NCBI RefSeq assembly: GCF_009914755.1
Contig: NC_060931.1
DNA length: 64,000 nt
Strand: one strand, 5' to 3'
Source: the human T2T-CHM13v2.0 reference genome, Homo sapiens
Below the pieces are notes generated by a model, which was given only the letters and a program-made list of their open reading frames with translations, did no database searches and was not told the DNA's origin. The stretch's first letter is position 1, and each line of letters begins with the position of its first letter. The translations under genes were made by a program, and so were the position numbers. Positions 15,055-34,712 of the stretch are shown one piece after another.

Positions 15055-15425
15055 TGTTACGAGCTCAACCGTGTCCCCTAAAATTCATACATTGAATTCC
15101 TAATCACCAATGTAACTGTGTTTGGAGATAGGATCTTTAAGGAGGTGATTAAGGTTAAATGAGGTGGGGCACCAATCCAATCTGACTGATGTCCCTATCA
15201 AAGAGGAAATGTGGACACACAGAGACACACTGGGGATGAGCATGCATAGAGAAAAGGCCACATGAGGACACAATGAGAAGGTTATGTCTGCAAGCCAAAG
15301 AAACTAAGTCTGTGGGCACCTTGATCTTGGATTCTCAGCCCCAAAACTGTGAGGATGTAAATTTCTGTTGTTTAAGCCAGCTCATCTGTGGTATTCTGCT
15401 ATGGCCGTCCTAGCTGGCTAATACC
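15055..15425 (+). mobile_element. MLT1A/B-like MaLR LTR
   Basis: TGTTAC...GTGTCCCCTAAAATTCATAC start and TTTCTGTTGTTTAAGCCA...CTAATAC end. Confidence 0.75.
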
Positions 15426-16893
15426 ATCTGCAATCCAGATTGCTTATTTCTGTTCTTATCTGTTGATTGATCAGTTTTACAGGGTAATTGACCTTCCTCC
15501 ACAATTCTTCAGGCTCTCCTAACCCTGCCTGAGATTCTCAATGTGCCTAGTCACCCAACTGTGACACCAAGGGGTGGGGCCATGGAGACTGACTCAGAAC
15601 TTGGCAGGTTACCTTAGGGGGTGACAGTCAGATTGAACGTGTGTAGAACTTAGCTCTGCCAGCATTTAGCTGCAGAATCATGAGCAAGCCTTTGTCCCCT
15701 TTATGCCTCAGCGTCCTCATCTGTAAAATGGAGGCAAAAATATTCTCCCTTATAAGATTATGTTGATGATAAAACAAGATCATGGAAGGATAAGCACGTG
15801 GCACAGTGCTCAGTGAGCACTCTCTTCTGAAGCGAAGCAGGCCTGGGGACAGCCTGGCTTAGAGATGGCTCTGCTTGCCCTAGCACTGGGTGGGTGGAGG
15901 AGGCATCGGGGGATGGGGAGGGTGCCTGAGAGGGCAGGGTCATTCCTCTCCAGGTGACCTGCACTGTGGGGAGCAGGTCACCTCACTAGGACAGTTCCTC
16001 CTGGGACCAAGACCTTCCCCCTGTTGAATTTTTCTCCCTTTGGTTGTTCCCTCACAGAACATGCTCTTCATGGAGAATACTGTGTGGCTTAAATAAGATA
16101 ATCAAGTAAAAGCTTCACAGAGAGCCTGGCTTTCAGCAGGCACTCAATACATGGTAACGATTTCTACATCTGCAGTTCCTAAAGCAGCTTTCACGCCACC
16201 CCCCAGGGCAGCTGTAGCCACAGAATTGAGGCATAATTTGGACACTGTTGGTAGAAACAGCATTGGGTAACTTTATTAACCAATTTGGTTCAGCCTTATT
16301 AAGGAGGAGAGCTCCATTCATGCCAAAGGCTTCTCCAAGCCCTTCGCAAATAACCAGGATTCAACAGCCTGAACTCCCCCAAGAATGACTCCGTGCCAGA
16401 ACACAGCACAACCCAGCAGTGTGGCCCTTCCTGATTCTCCCATCCTCCTTGCCACATGGGCTGATGGAGGCTTAGGTTCTGTGGCTTTACCGAGCTCCAA
16501 CTCTCTTCCTGCACTTGAGCAAGAGCACTTGGTGACCTGGTGAGATGGTAGAAATGGACACAAGCCCTGACTCCTGGCAGGAGACTTCAGACTTGCAGCA
16601 TGTGCTTAAACCACAGGAAACGGTGTGGCTCACAAGTGGTCTGAGCCCAGGAATGATGAACCCCATGATGCTGGGAGTTCATCTCATCGAGTCAGCTCTG
16701 TGACATTTCGGCCATGGAGCTGTGGACCCAGCTCTCCAGGAACTTCTGCCTGCAGTGACTGAAAGCTCTTTTGACACTTTTCTATTTTACTATCCCCTGG
16801 GATCCTGCTGAGCACACAGGGAGGCTTCAGTAGAAGTCACTTTGTGTCTCTGTGTCACCTTCTGATTAAAATAACTTTAAAAGTCATGTTCTG

Positions 16894-17263
<370 letters not shown>

Positions 17264-17605
17264 TCAGGCAAAATAAAGGGTTGGCTTGCAATCTAACCTT
17301 ATCAGAGACCTGGTGGCTAAGGGACCCTTCTGTGGAGATTTGCGAGAATGTACTCAGCAGAGAGGTGAGGCTCAGAAATGAATTCAGGTAAGGAAAATCC
17401 TCTGCTGATTCAGAAAAAGGGCACTCACGAGTTTCTAACATTCTGGAAACATCACATGTTACTCTATTTACTCCCTATTTACTCTCTTTCTATCTGCAGG
17501 GCCCAAAGCAGGATGGAGATAAAGATGCCCAGAAGAAACCAAAGCCTTCTTGGGGGAAACTGTAAGAAGTCAGGAGGGAATTCTTTATTAGAAATTGAAG
17601 ATCCC

Positions 17606-17932
<327 letters not shown>

Positions 17933-18213
17933 GAAGTTGAAGATCAAAGCTGGAGACCAGGACTCTTGACAAATCTGACCAGATTTGAAACACACCTAAG
18001 AAATGTAAGACTCAATTAATTCTACATGAGCCTAAGAATTAAACCAAATAAAGAATGACAACACAAGTAATGAGGATACTGGCTTATGCCTAGGTGTTTG
18101 TATTTCTTTAGGTCTAACTCCAACTGTATATCCTATTTTAAATTAATATTTGTTATTCTTTGTTTTTTGTTATTTTAATAAAAAGCTCTATTTAAATGTA
18201 TTTAAATAACATT

Positions 18214-18510
18214 AGCCAGATGTGGTGGCTCATGCCTGTAATCCCAGCACTTTGGGAGGCTGAGGCAGGTGGATTGCTTGAGCTCAGGAGTTTGAGGACA
18301 GCCTGGCCAACATGATGGAACCACGTCTCTACAAAAATACAAAAATTAGCCAGGCATGGTGGCACACACCTGTAGTCTCAGCTACTTGGGAGGCTGAGGT
18401 GGGAAGACTGCTTGAGCCTGGGAGGTTCAGGCTACCATGAGCCTTGATCACACCACTGCTCTCAAGCCAAGGCAACAGAGTGAGACCCCATCTCAAAACA
18501 AAACAAAAAG
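18214..18510 (+). mobile_element. AluJ
   Basis: Alu consensus. Confidence 0.85.
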
Positions 18511-19651
18511 AGAACACTAATGCCGTTAGAAAAGAATGCTTTCATTACTAACACCACTGGGGAGCCAAGCAATTCAAACCCGCCTGACTCCATGTGGCAG
18601 CTTATTTCAAGTACAGGCAAGGAGACTCAAAGGAAATAAACAGTTTGTGGGGGTTCTAGCGATGCAAACCTATAAGGTTCTTGTAACTATCATAATGCTT
18701 GATCAATACTTATTAACAAACCACATTCTAGGAGGAACAAGTTTTAAAAGCCTGAAAATTGGACAGCCAACGTCCTAAAGGTGAGTGAGTAGCAGTGAGA
18801 GAGAGACCAAACACAGTGTGTCCCTGGGGTGATGCTGCTGTGCTTTAGGTGAAAATGTCAGTAAATGGTTTAGCCTTCACATACAAAAAAGCACACCAAA
18901 TTCTACAGTAGTGAAAGGTGGAGGCATTCTGTGCAAAGTCAAGTTAGACTCCTTGGAGGTTCCAAGAGCTCAGAGGAGACCCTTGGGTTTTGGAGATATC
19001 CTGGGGCAACTTGTTTGGTTAAAAAATGTAGAAAAGGAAACACTGGGGACCCACAAAGAGATGAAAAACTACTCTTTTGTGGAAACTTTCATTTCTCATC
19101 AAATATCCATGTACCCACCCACTTTTCTGACCCTCTTCCATTAGTTAGGGGCCTTGTGGCTGATAGAAAAGTGACTGATGCTGCTTCTGGGCTGATGCAT
19201 GTAGGAGCTGGCACCCAACATGCCAACTCGGGCCACATGCTGAGGTGTCAGGGCGGGATGTGGAATAGAGCTCCTCCTCCAAGCTGACTTGGGCGCATTG
19301 TGTAAGCACGCAAGAAGCCTGGGAGGTGCAAGGCCTCTGAGATTTCAGAGGTAGTTTGCTCCTGCAGTTTAGCCTCATTTGATCTGGTGTGTACATACTT
19401 CATTCCTATGCCAATCTCAGTAACCAGGCCAGGAGGTAATAGAACCTCTGCCATTAACCCATGTGTGAGCTTGAGGAAGTCACTCTTCTCTGGGTGTCAT
19501 TTTCCTCATGTGGAAATTTAGAGTTGGGTCAGTTGGCCTTTCTGCTCTGTCAGTCTCCAATTTTGTATTTTTGAAAATTTCCATCTAATAGTGTCTGAAA
19601 AGTTGCCAGTACTAGTGTCTGTCTATCCCTGTCTATTATCTACATAGACAC

Positions 19652-20400
19652 CGCCCCATCCACCCATCTGTCTATGTTCATCCATCCATCTTCCCAGAAT
19701 CCATCCATCCTTCCATCCATCCATCCTCCCATCATCCATCCTTCCATCATCCATCCTCCCATCCATCCATCCTTCCATCATCCATCCTCCCATCCATCCA
19801 TCCTCCCATCCATTCATCCTCTCATTCATTCATCCTCCTCTTCATCCATCTTCCCACCCATCTCCATCCTCCCATCCATCCACCCTCCCATTCATTCTTC
19901 CTCCCATCCATCTCCATCCTCCCATCCACCCATCCATCCTCCCATCCATCCATCCTTCCATCCTCCTATTGTCCATCCTTCCATCCTCCTATTGTCCATC
20001 CTTCCATCCTTCCATCCTCCCATTCATCCATCCATCCTTCCATCCACCCATCCTCCCATCCATTCATTCTTTCATCCATCCATCTTCCCATCCATCCATC
20101 CTTCCATCCATCCATCCTTTCATCCATCCATCCTTTCATCCATCCATCCTCCCACCCATTCATCCTACCATTCATCCATCCTCCTATTCATCCATCCTCC
20201 CATCCATCTCCATCCTTCCATCCATCTCCATCCTCCTATCCATCCATCCTTCTATCCATCCATCCTTCCATCCATCCACCCATCCCCCCATCCATCCATC
20301 CATCCGTTCATCCTCTCATCCACCCATCCTCCTATCCATCCATCCTCCCATCCACTTATCTGCCCATCCATCTCCATCTTCCCATCCACCCATTGCTCCA
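19652..20400. repeat. Degenerate (CCAT/TCCA)n simple repeat, ~750 bp
   Basis: Continuous CATCCATCC/CATCCTCC units with almost no G on the + strand. Confidence 0.95.
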
Positions 20401-20491
20401 TTTTACTCCTGTTTCATTATGAAGGGAGCTGGGACAGCTGAAATAGTGTTTGGGACTCAACAATTTGCCTCCCCTTCCCTACATCCCTTAC

Positions 20492-20690
20492 TGTGATGGT
20501 TAATTTTATATCAAACTGGCTGGGCCACAGTACCAGATAGCTGGCCAAACACTATTCTGGGTGTTTCTGTGAGGGTGTTTTGGATGAGATTAACATTTAA
20601 GCCGGTGGGCTTTGAGTAAAGCAGATTACCCTCCACCATGTGGGTGGGCTCCATCCAATTAGCTGAAGGCCTGATGACAACTGGCAACAG
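20492..20690 (+). mobile_element. MLT2-type ERVL LTR fragment
   Basis: TGTGATGGTTAATTTTAT...GGTGTTTCTGTGAGGGTGTTTTGGATGAGATTAACATT matches the MLT2 5' end. Confidence 0.75.
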
Positions 20691-21584
20691 CAAAACATCC
20701 TCAGAGATACACACATGAGCAGAAATGCAGGAGCATGCTCTGAATTCCCTAACATAAACATAGAAGGGCACACACCCCACATGCTTACAAACGAAAAATT
20801 CAAGGTGCTGCTCAGAATGTGCTAACACAAAGCAAATGCTGTCACAGTACCTCAGCACTATCCCTCCCGCCCGCACTCCTGCTCTGCCCAGGGTCATCCA
20901 GTGCCTCTTGGCCAGTCAGCATCCCCTGCACCAACTCTGCCACCCCCATGGCCCCTTCCTGATGGTGCTTCTGATTGGTTGCAACATGGACACTCAGAGT
21001 TTGGGAAGAGGAAGCAGTGATTGTGCTGTGCTTTGCAACCCCTCCCCCTGCCCCCACTCCCCAATTCTCTCTCTTTCTCTCTTTTTTTTTTTTTCCAGAG
21101 AACTTAGCAGTAAAGGCTAATTTATGAAGTCCCTAAAGATTTGAACTTTCTGCAGAACTGGCTGCAGTTTCCAGTGGGTTAGAGTCTACTTGGAGTAGAG
21201 CAGAAGCTGTGAGCTGTGCTGCCGAGAGGAGGGAAGGAAGAAGCCACAGCCCAGGACCCACACCCGTCCAGCATCCCCAACAGCCTTCCTCCCCTACAGA
21301 GAGCTCAAAGATGACACCGACTGTTAGGTGTGGGATAAGAGGGACACAGGGTGTGGGATGAGATCCAGAAGAGCAGGAAGGGGGAGGGGTCAGGAGCTCT
21401 GTGGTTGGAGGGACCACCTCCGTTACTAACATCCCAGTCAAATTCAGAAACTATCCAAGCCCTGGAGGCTCCTAAAGGCGCTTGCTCCACCCTTGTACCA
21501 TCCCAGTTCCCTCCTAAGTTTGCAAGATCAAATCCAGTTTAAGGCTACTCCTTCGATTTTCTCATGTCATGAGCTGACACCCAC

Positions 21585-23302
<1,718 letters not shown>

Positions 23303-24267
23303 ATTCTTGTGCTCTCCTAAAGAGAGGATACCCAGGCCTTTCAGGAGGAGGGAGGCTGAGGTAGCACCACTGGCAGGGGAGGGAAGGAGGAAGGAGAGAG
23401 GAGGGGCATGCAGGCCCTGCCAAGGTCAGACACAGCTGGTATAGCAGAGCCTGGGCATCATCCAAAAGAAACAGGCTCAATCCATCCTGTACAGTTCCCC
23501 GGCTTCCCCAGCCCCCAGCCCGTCTTCCTTCCCAGGCTCTCTGCCCTGGGTTCACTTGCCCTCCTTTATGCATCGAATGTTAAACTTCTTTTGTTTTCCC
23601 CTTCAGCAGTTCTTGCCCGCTTTGCATACAGATGCTGTGTGTAATAGATGCACGGTAAGATTCCATTCTCTACCTGTCCGCCAAGTCCCCTTTGTTTCCA
23701 CAGTGAACCTCATTCATCTGGACCCCATTCATGACATTTTCAAAAATCACTTTCCTAAGCAAAGACTAAAGTGTATTTTGCTTTTTCTGTAAAGGAAGAT
23801 GATGTCAAGTAAATTTATCAACAAACTTGCTGGGAGCCACTCAATTGACTCGAGATCAGGAATTGTTTTTGAACATTTGATGACAACTTTGCATACTGGA
23901 TTGTCAAATATTGATTATTTTTCTCCTCCACCCTCACTCCCCACAGCTTAAATGGGACCCCAGGCACTGCCCTAGTCAGGTTGGGGGCTAGTTGGCTACC
24001 TAAGGGGAAGGCCTGAAGAAGCAATTTGGTTTAAGCTTTTGAGCTCTAATTCTCAACACTGGCTGCATTTCAGAATCACCAGAGGGGCTTTAAAGTATAT
24101 ATGTGAATGTGCAGATCCCACCCCCAGCGTTTCTGTCTTAATTGAGGCGTGGTGGTGCCCAGGGCAGCATCTGCCTTGACAGCTCCCGGGTGGGAGTCTC
24201 TATCACATCTGTCAGTCAGTGCTCCCTGTGAGTTCAGAAGCCTAGAGGTAAAGGCCTCTCAACTCTA

Positions 24268-24600
<333 letters not shown>

Positions 24601-25194
24601 AATTGAATGCCTGTCACAAAGCCCAGCGATTCTAGTTTTATTGGGCTGGACTGAGACCTGGGCACCGGGAGCCTCTGATGCGTAGCCAGAGTGAGACTCA
24701 CTGGGACAGGGGAAAGAACCGTGACTTCTCAGTAAGACTGACTAAGCCTAGTGTCTGGGCTCTGCTGGGTAAGTGTAAGCAGGTTGATTCACCTCTCTGA
24801 GCCTCAATTTTCTCATTTCCAACATTGGAGTGCTGCAACCCACCATGCAGGGTTGACTGCAGCTGGTGTCTTCCACCAGCATGGCCTGCGTTAGCTCTCT
24901 CAGTAGTTCTCCTTGTCAGAAAGTGGACATTTACCATTAGTAATTAACTATGTTACCAATAAGAATTCAGTTCTTATCAATAGAAAGGTGCTGCTTTTGG
25001 GGATGTGAAAAAGAAGATGCCAGGGCCCGCCTGTCCTCCCAGTCTTTGACAAGTGTCAGGACAGTGGCTCTTTTCCATCTCTCATAAAATCCTGTTTCAG
25101 GAGGCTGGCTCTTTTGAATCAAATTGTACTTAATTAAATCCTCCCTGAAACTCAGGGGAGTTTCATAGGAACTCTGCATATATTTACAGCCTTT

Positions 25195-25815
<621 letters not shown>

Positions 25816-26835
25816 GAACCCAAAAACCAAAAGTTCTGCATGCTAGATCTTATTGTAAAGAATGCATATTTGTATTACAAAATAAATGAAAAGCAAGTTA
25901 GCTCAGGAACTGAGCCTGGAACTTACTATCAGATCACATGGATTCCAGAGCATCTGTGTGTGTTTGGCTAACACCCCTCACCCCTTCCAGCCTCCATTTG
26001 CTCCACTAAATTTTAGACTGCGATTCTGAAAAGTGGGGTTGAAAATCCTGTTGCTGCTACGAAGACTGTGCAATTCTATAGCTCATTCCTAATGTCATTG
26101 TCAGCAGGCCAAGGATGCAGTTTCACAGCCCTGCTGGGTGTGACCGAAAGGCTTTCTCTAAGTGTGCCCTTTCATTAAACTTTCTGAAACTGCTATTGGC
26201 TTTGCACTCAGCGAGGTGCAGAAAGGGATAAAGATAAAACAGATACAGATTCTGCCTACCTGCCCTCAAATAGATTGAGGTTTGGAAGTTCAGACAGGTC
26301 ATGCATGTAACTAACTCTAACACGCAGTAGAGAAGAGGTCTGGCTGGGAGTCGGGGCAGGCTTGCTAGAGGAGGGAGTATTTTAACCATGCATCAAGGAA
26401 GAGCGGAGTATGGGTAACGGGGCAGGTGATGCCCTTGTCCTAATGTCAAGGATGCCAAGGTCCAGGATGTAAGGAGGCAGGAGGCAGTTCCCGGAGATCT
26501 TGGATTATTTTTAGGAGGGGTGAAATAGCTGGTCAACAGGTATGCATGTTTTAAGGTCTTTACTGCACCTTGCCCAAGTGTCCTCCAGAAAGGATGCTCC
26601 AATGTACACTTAGCCAGATATTAAGATGCCTGGAGCCTTGGTCTGAAAATGCAGGAGGAAGAGGTGCAGGGGCTGTGAGGTGGAGCGGAGTTTGTCCTGT
26701 CAGCTCAACAAATATCTTTCATCACTGGGCTGTCTGTGTGGTGTGCAGAGATGAAAAATGGACACATTCCTGCCCTCAGGGAGCTCAACCTACTGGGAGA
26801 GATAGACCACAGCCCAAAAGTGTGGGCAAACCTAG

Positions 26836-27210
<375 letters not shown>

Positions 27211-30200
27211 TGAGGCACCTCATTCACCTCAGTGGAATTATTCACAGGGTTCCACCAGTAATCCTTGGGTTCCCTGACTCTCCAAAAGGCATCTAAGCTT
27301 CCTGGCTTCATATTGCCTGACTCTACTCCCTCCCACATTTCTTTGTCCCAGCTATTTAACTTCAGCACTGGAGGAATCTCCAAGGTGCTTGAAGAGTTCT
27401 GCCCAGCTTCCCGCAAGGCTGTGCCTTCTCAGGTCATCGAGCAAGGAAGCCATCCCTGAGAGTCTCATCCGAGAGCCCTTGCAGTGGGCATCCAAGGCCA
27501 TAAATATTTGCATGCCTGTGAACCCAGCTTTCAGAAATGATCTTAAGGAAATAAGCATGAGTATTTGCAGAGATTTATCTATAAGATTATGCATGAGAGC
27601 CTTATTTATAAAAGAGAAAAATCATTGAAAATGACCTAAATTTTCATTCATAGAGTTTGACTAAATAATTTATGGCATATTCACACAATGCAGGAGTTGT
27701 AAATTACATCATGGAAGAATATTTAATGACATGAAAAGAAACTTAAGGCATTTGCAAAATACTGTGTACTACATGATACTATTTCTGATAGTAAAAAATA
27801 TATACAAACGTAGAGACACAAGGGAGAGAGAAAAGTCATGTATCAAAAATATAAAACATTCATGATTTCAGGGTAGTGGATTAATAAGAAATTTTAATTC
27901 TCTTTTCTGGATGTTTTCTATGATGTTCACTATTTGTTTAATCAGAATAAAAGATACTCTATTTTTGAAAATGATATCTCCTGGCACAGGACAATGATTC
28001 CCATCTGAGGCACATGCGGGTAGGAGGTGGGTGCTGGGGAGCTGCACTGCTTAGGCCAGGAGAGTCCCCCTGAGCTCCCGGCTGCTGGGACACACTTCTC
28101 AGCCATGCCCTCCTCTGCAAAGTGCCATACAGCAACCCTGGTTATGCAACAAGCTGCCTCGGCCCTGGGCAAACAGATCCTCTGACTCCTCGGCTCCATT
28201 ACAGGCCATAATGGGACAACCAGACCTCAGGCCCGATGGTTGCATAAAAGCAGGATGGATAGATTTTTCTGGTCACTGTGTTCCACCCAGCTGAGCAGGC
28301 ATATTCAGACTCCTTCCCTGCTGTACTGCTTAGCTCATGCGAAGCAGGCGCCTTCTTCAGGCAGCCTTCCGGACTAACTCCACTATGCCGTGTGCTTCAA
28401 AAGCCCCTGCTCTAATCCATAATGAACACTTGCAGAGTACTCTACTTGTAATAATCCAAACGATTCTCATGACAACACTATAAGTGGGTACTGTGATGCT
28501 TTTGTGACAAATGAAGCAACGGAGGCAGAGAGAGCACAAGCGATTACCCAAAGTACTATGCAGAGCCAGGATTCAAACCCAGGCAGTGCAGCCCCAGGGT
28601 CAGCCCGGAAGACACCACGCCATGCAGCCCCCTGGCAGACAATTGCTATCACAGCCACATTTGCATGGTGATTCTGAGTTGTTTCCAAATTTTTGCTGGA
28701 AGACTATGGATTCCTCGAAGGCATGAATTGTGACTTTCACTTCCGTGGGACCATCCAGGGCCCAGCAGAGCACTGAGTGCACAGGGCCTTCCCAGGGGCT
28801 GGCATTCTCGGCTCTGAAGCCCGCCTTCTTTCCTACTCCAGCTGCAGGTGCAAGTGGTGAATCCTACTGAGCCATAATCTTGCTGCTAGAGGCTTATCTA
28901 GAGGTGCTTATGCAAGCAGTCTGGCAAAACACCTCTTTAGGGACAAACGTAGAGCTGGAGACTTGGGACGCCTCAGGATGTGTCAGATCACAGCTTTCTG
29001 CAGGGCACAAGGCTTCTTGCTGCTTCTCCAGAACATCTCTCCAAATGCCTGTGCAGCCCTGGGTACCTGGGCAGGGTCCAGCTCTACAAAGGATCATGGC
29101 TCGAGTCCTTCCGCTCCAATGGGAAAGACCAACCAAGTGAGAGAAAGAGCATGCCGCCCAGAGGGGGAGCTGGTTGCCATTGTCCTCTTGGCTGTCATTT
29201 GTTTCTTCAGGGTTTCCAGGCTGGCTTCCAACCGAGGATGTAAGAGGCTGTTACCAAGTCCAGGCAGATCAGCACAAACATATTAACAGGGGTTATCTCA
29301 GCGTGGTGTGATGAGGGATGACTTTTTCTCATGGCTTTGCTTCTCTGCCTTTTCTAATTTTCTGCAATGCACATGATTATTTGGGCAATTAAATAATTAC
29401 AGGGAGGGGAAAGTCACTGTTCTTGCTTTGTCCCTTGCAGGACTCTTTCCCCACACTTATATGGGCTGCTAAGCTCCAATGTGCCCTCTATTGCATGTGG
29501 CTTCCACCGAGCTCTTTCTGATCTTCACACCAGCAAACTCCCATCTCTACTCTGTCCTTTCCACACCCTTCACTGTGTACTGATCTGCTCAAATCCTTGC
29601 AGATTATAAAATGTTTCACTGGCCCGAGCCTGCTGGTCCCCACAACCCTGATTTCAAAAGAAGTCATCTTTTGTGTCCTTGCAGAGCGTGCCTGGATTGT
29701 GTCTCTATCCTTGGTCCCTTACCTGGACTGTAGCCCCAGTTAACTGCTGAATACCAGCAGCTGGGTGTCCTCAGCAACCATGTCCACATGAAGCATCTTA
29801 GTCTCACCCACTCCTTCTGTGTCTCTACGAGCAGCATTGAGCTGTAGATGGGAAAGTGTATGGAAATATGATCACTTTTTCCCTAGGGCAAAGAGGGTTG
29901 GTGTTCTTTTCTTCAAAATTTATTTTGAATCTGTCTTTTCTGTCTCCCCACTACCCCTCACTCATGCTCCTGAGTCACTGCTGAGCTCCAGGGCTGTACC
30001 TTTCTCATTTTGGAATCTCTAGGATCTAGCATAGTACCCAGTGCACAGTATGCCTTCAATGTATGCCTCTTGGTTCAATGAATGAATGCATGAAAAAATG
30101 GGCAAATAAGTAAGTTTTAATAATTTGTCACCTTGATTTTTATTTCTTGCAATCCTTCCTGTATTTCTTGCAATCCTTGTTTTATTCCTTGCAATCCTTC

Positions 30201-30494
30201 CTATATGTCTCTGCCAGTTGAATCTTCCAAAGTGGTGACTCGACCACGTGAATCTCCTCTGGTGACTTTAATGGCTCCCACTGTCTGCGAAGGCCTTTCA
30301 AAACCCAGCTGCTTGTTACCTTTCTTTGCAAGGATTTTCTCTCTCACTCCTCAAAGCTCCATTCTGGCTGACTTGGCCTCTCTGTATCCTTTCCTGCCCT
30401 TGTTGAGTTGCCCTTTTCTCTGTGTAGCCACTTAGCTTCCTGTGCTGATACTTGCTGCTGGCTAAGCTTGTCATAAGTTCAGTGTGACACCCTT

Positions 30495-30865
30495 TCCCGT
30501 GATGGGCTGATTACAGTAAGGTCCCAATCTAGTGGTGCCTCCCTCTATTGCTGGGTTGGGTAATCTCCCAGTTACTCTGGGTTTGACCATGTGACTTGCT
30601 TTGGTCAACAGGAAACAGGATGTTAGCAGAGACTTGAAAAGTGCTTGCTCATTGGGGTTTGCCATCTTTTGCTGCTCTAGGGAATCCAGCAGCTGTCACC
30701 ATGTAAACAAGCCCAGGCTAGACCAGTTACCCTCATCATCTTAGCTGATAGCCAGCCAGCCACCACAGGCATGAGTCAGGCCATATTGCTGGACCCACAG
30801 AATTATGAGCTAAATAAATAGTCTTGGGTTAAGCCACTAAGTTTTAGGCATAGTGTGTTATGTAT
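30495..30865 (+). mobile_element. MLT1F-like MaLR LTR
   Basis: GAGACTTGAAAAGTGCTTGC and TAAGCCACTAAGTTTT motifs. Confidence 0.6.
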
Positions 30866-32231
30866 CTCACAAACATATAAGACTGTGTGTTTGTTGACTG
30901 GAGGAAGAGATGCTATAAAGACCACCTTTTAAAACTTCCCAAATACTGCCACTGATGTCCTGATGGAGGTATGAAAACATCCACTAAAATTTGTGGTTTA
31001 TTCATTTTTCATTATTTTGTTTAAGGAGGTCTATAGTGGAAGAGGGAGATATTTGGGGAAATTTTGTATAGACTAGCTTTCACGATGTTAGGGAATTATT
31101 ATTGTGTGATAATGGTCTTGCAGTTACACAGAAATTCTTCCTTATTTTTTGGGAAGCACCAAAGTAGGGATAAAATGTCATGATGTGTGCAATACGCTTT
31201 AAAATGTTTTTGCCAAAATAATTAATGAAGCAAATATGGAAAATAATAATTATTAAATCTAGGTGATGGGTATATTGTAGTTCACTATAGTATTGCACAC
31301 TTTTCTGTATGTTTAAATTTTTCATTTAAAAAACTTTGAGCTAGACACCAGGCTATGAGCTAGGAGCATAGCAATGACCAAATAGACTCCTACCAACTCA
31401 AAGAATGCACATTCTCTGGGAAACATGTTTCCATTAGGAAGCCTCGAATGCAATGTGACTGTGGTCTCCAGGACCTGTGTGATCCTGGCTTTTCCTGTTC
31501 CCTCCGCATAATCACTGCAGGTGTGTTTTCCCAAGTTTTAAACATTTACCTTCCCAGTGGCCTTGCGTCTAGAGGAATCCCTGTATAGTGGTACATGAAT
31601 ATAACACATAACAAAAATCATCTCTATGGTGTGTGTTGTTCCTGGGGTTCAATTCAGCAAATTTTCCCTGGGCACCCATGTGTTCTTGGCACTGGAAAAG
31701 TACCGGGACTGAAACAGTTGATGGCCCAATCCCTGTCCTCTTAAAAACTAAGGGAGGAGATGGAAAGGGGCACCCAACCCAGACTGAGAGACAGGAATTA
31801 GCTGCAAGGGGAACTAGGAAAAGCTTCTTTAAGGATGGAGAGGCCCTAGTGGAATGGGGAGATTCTTCCGGGAGAAGCGATGGATGCACAGTTGGGCATC
31901 CCCACAGACGGACTGGAAAGAAAAAAGGCCTGGAGGAATCAATGTGCAATGTATGTGTGTTCCCTGGTTCAAGGGCTGGGAACTTTCTCTAAAGGGCCAG
32001 GTAGAAAACATTTTAGGCTTTCTAAGCCAAGGCAAAATTGAGGATATTACATGGGTACTTATACAACAAGAATAAACAATTTACACAATTTTTTGTTGAC
32101 AGAATTCAAAACTTTATAGACACAGAAATGCAAATTTCCTGTAATTTTCCCGTGAGAACTATTCTTCTTTTGTTTTGTTTTGCGACAGGGTTGCGCTGAT
32201 CCTCCCGCCTCAGTCTCCCTAAGTGCTGAGA

Positions 32232-33864
<1,633 letters not shown>

Positions 33865-34621
33865 TAAAACAAAACAAAACAAAACAAAACAAACCAACCC
33901 ATCATGTAAAGCGGGGAACTACAAACGATACAGGTGAAACATGCCTACCACACCACTCACAGGCTATGATGACAAAAACGTGGCTACATCTGGGACCACC
34001 CCCCAACCCCCACTTTGTACGTAGGAAATACGGAGTTGAGGATGGAGACCCACAGTATGTCCAGAGTGTCCCCAAAGGCCACAGTGCCCGCCTGGAGCCC
34101 TCCAGAGAGCGTGCACTCCCTGGGGTGCCAGCCAGAGACAACTTGCCCTGAGGCTTGGAACTCGATTCTCCGCGTGCCAGAGAAGGGGTGGGACTTCAGA
34201 ACCCCCAACCCCGCAATCTGGGTCGGGGAGCCTGGCGCACTGCGGGCCGCTCCCTCTAACCCTGGGCTTCCCTGGCGTCCAGGGCCGTCGGGGCCGAGTC
34301 CCGATTCGCTCCCACCCCGAAGCCGCGCCAGGACCAACGAGGGCGCAGCCGTATGCCCCAGCCCGCTCCGCGGAGCCCCTCACAGCCACCCCCGCCCCGA
34401 CCGCGCCCCGCGCGGCTCGAAGCACCTTCCCAAGGGGCTGGTCCTTGCGCCATAGTCGCGCCGGAGCCTCTGGAGGGACATCAAGGATTTCTCGCTCCTA
34501 CCAGCCACCCCCAAATTTTTGGGAGGTACCCAAGGGTGCGCGCGTGGCTCCTGGCGCGCCGAGGCCCTCCCTCGAGGCCCCGCGAGGTGCACACTGCGGG
34601 CCCAGGGCTAGCAGCCGCCCG

Positions 34622-34627
34622 GCACGT
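34622..34627 (-). promoter_or_regulatory. Hypoxia response element (HIF-1, ~-120 to -116)
   Basis: GCACGT reads ACGTGC on the minus strand (RCGTG core), at the position recalled for the leptin HRE. Confidence 0.75.
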
Positions 34628-34638
34628 CGCTACCCTGA

Positions 34639-34651
34639 GGGGCGGGGCGGG
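34639..34651 (+). promoter_or_regulatory. Sp1/GC boxes (~-100)
   Basis: GGGGCGGGGCGGG tandem GC boxes. Confidence 0.85.
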
Positions 34652-34687
34652 AGCTGGCGCTAGAAATGCGCCGGGGCCTGCGGGGCA

Positions 34688-34697
34688 GTTGCGCAAG
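34688..34697. promoter_or_regulatory. C/EBP site (~-54)
   Basis: Palindromic TTGCGCAA (34689-34696), the established C/EBP-alpha site of the leptin promoter. Confidence 0.92.
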
Positions 34698-34712
34698 TTG
34701 TGATCGGGCCGC

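Noticed and set aside
19674-20496. 255-aa and 175-aa His/Pro/Ser/Ile-rich ORFs
   Set aside because: Translations of the (CCAT)n simple repeat, which lacks stop codons by composition.
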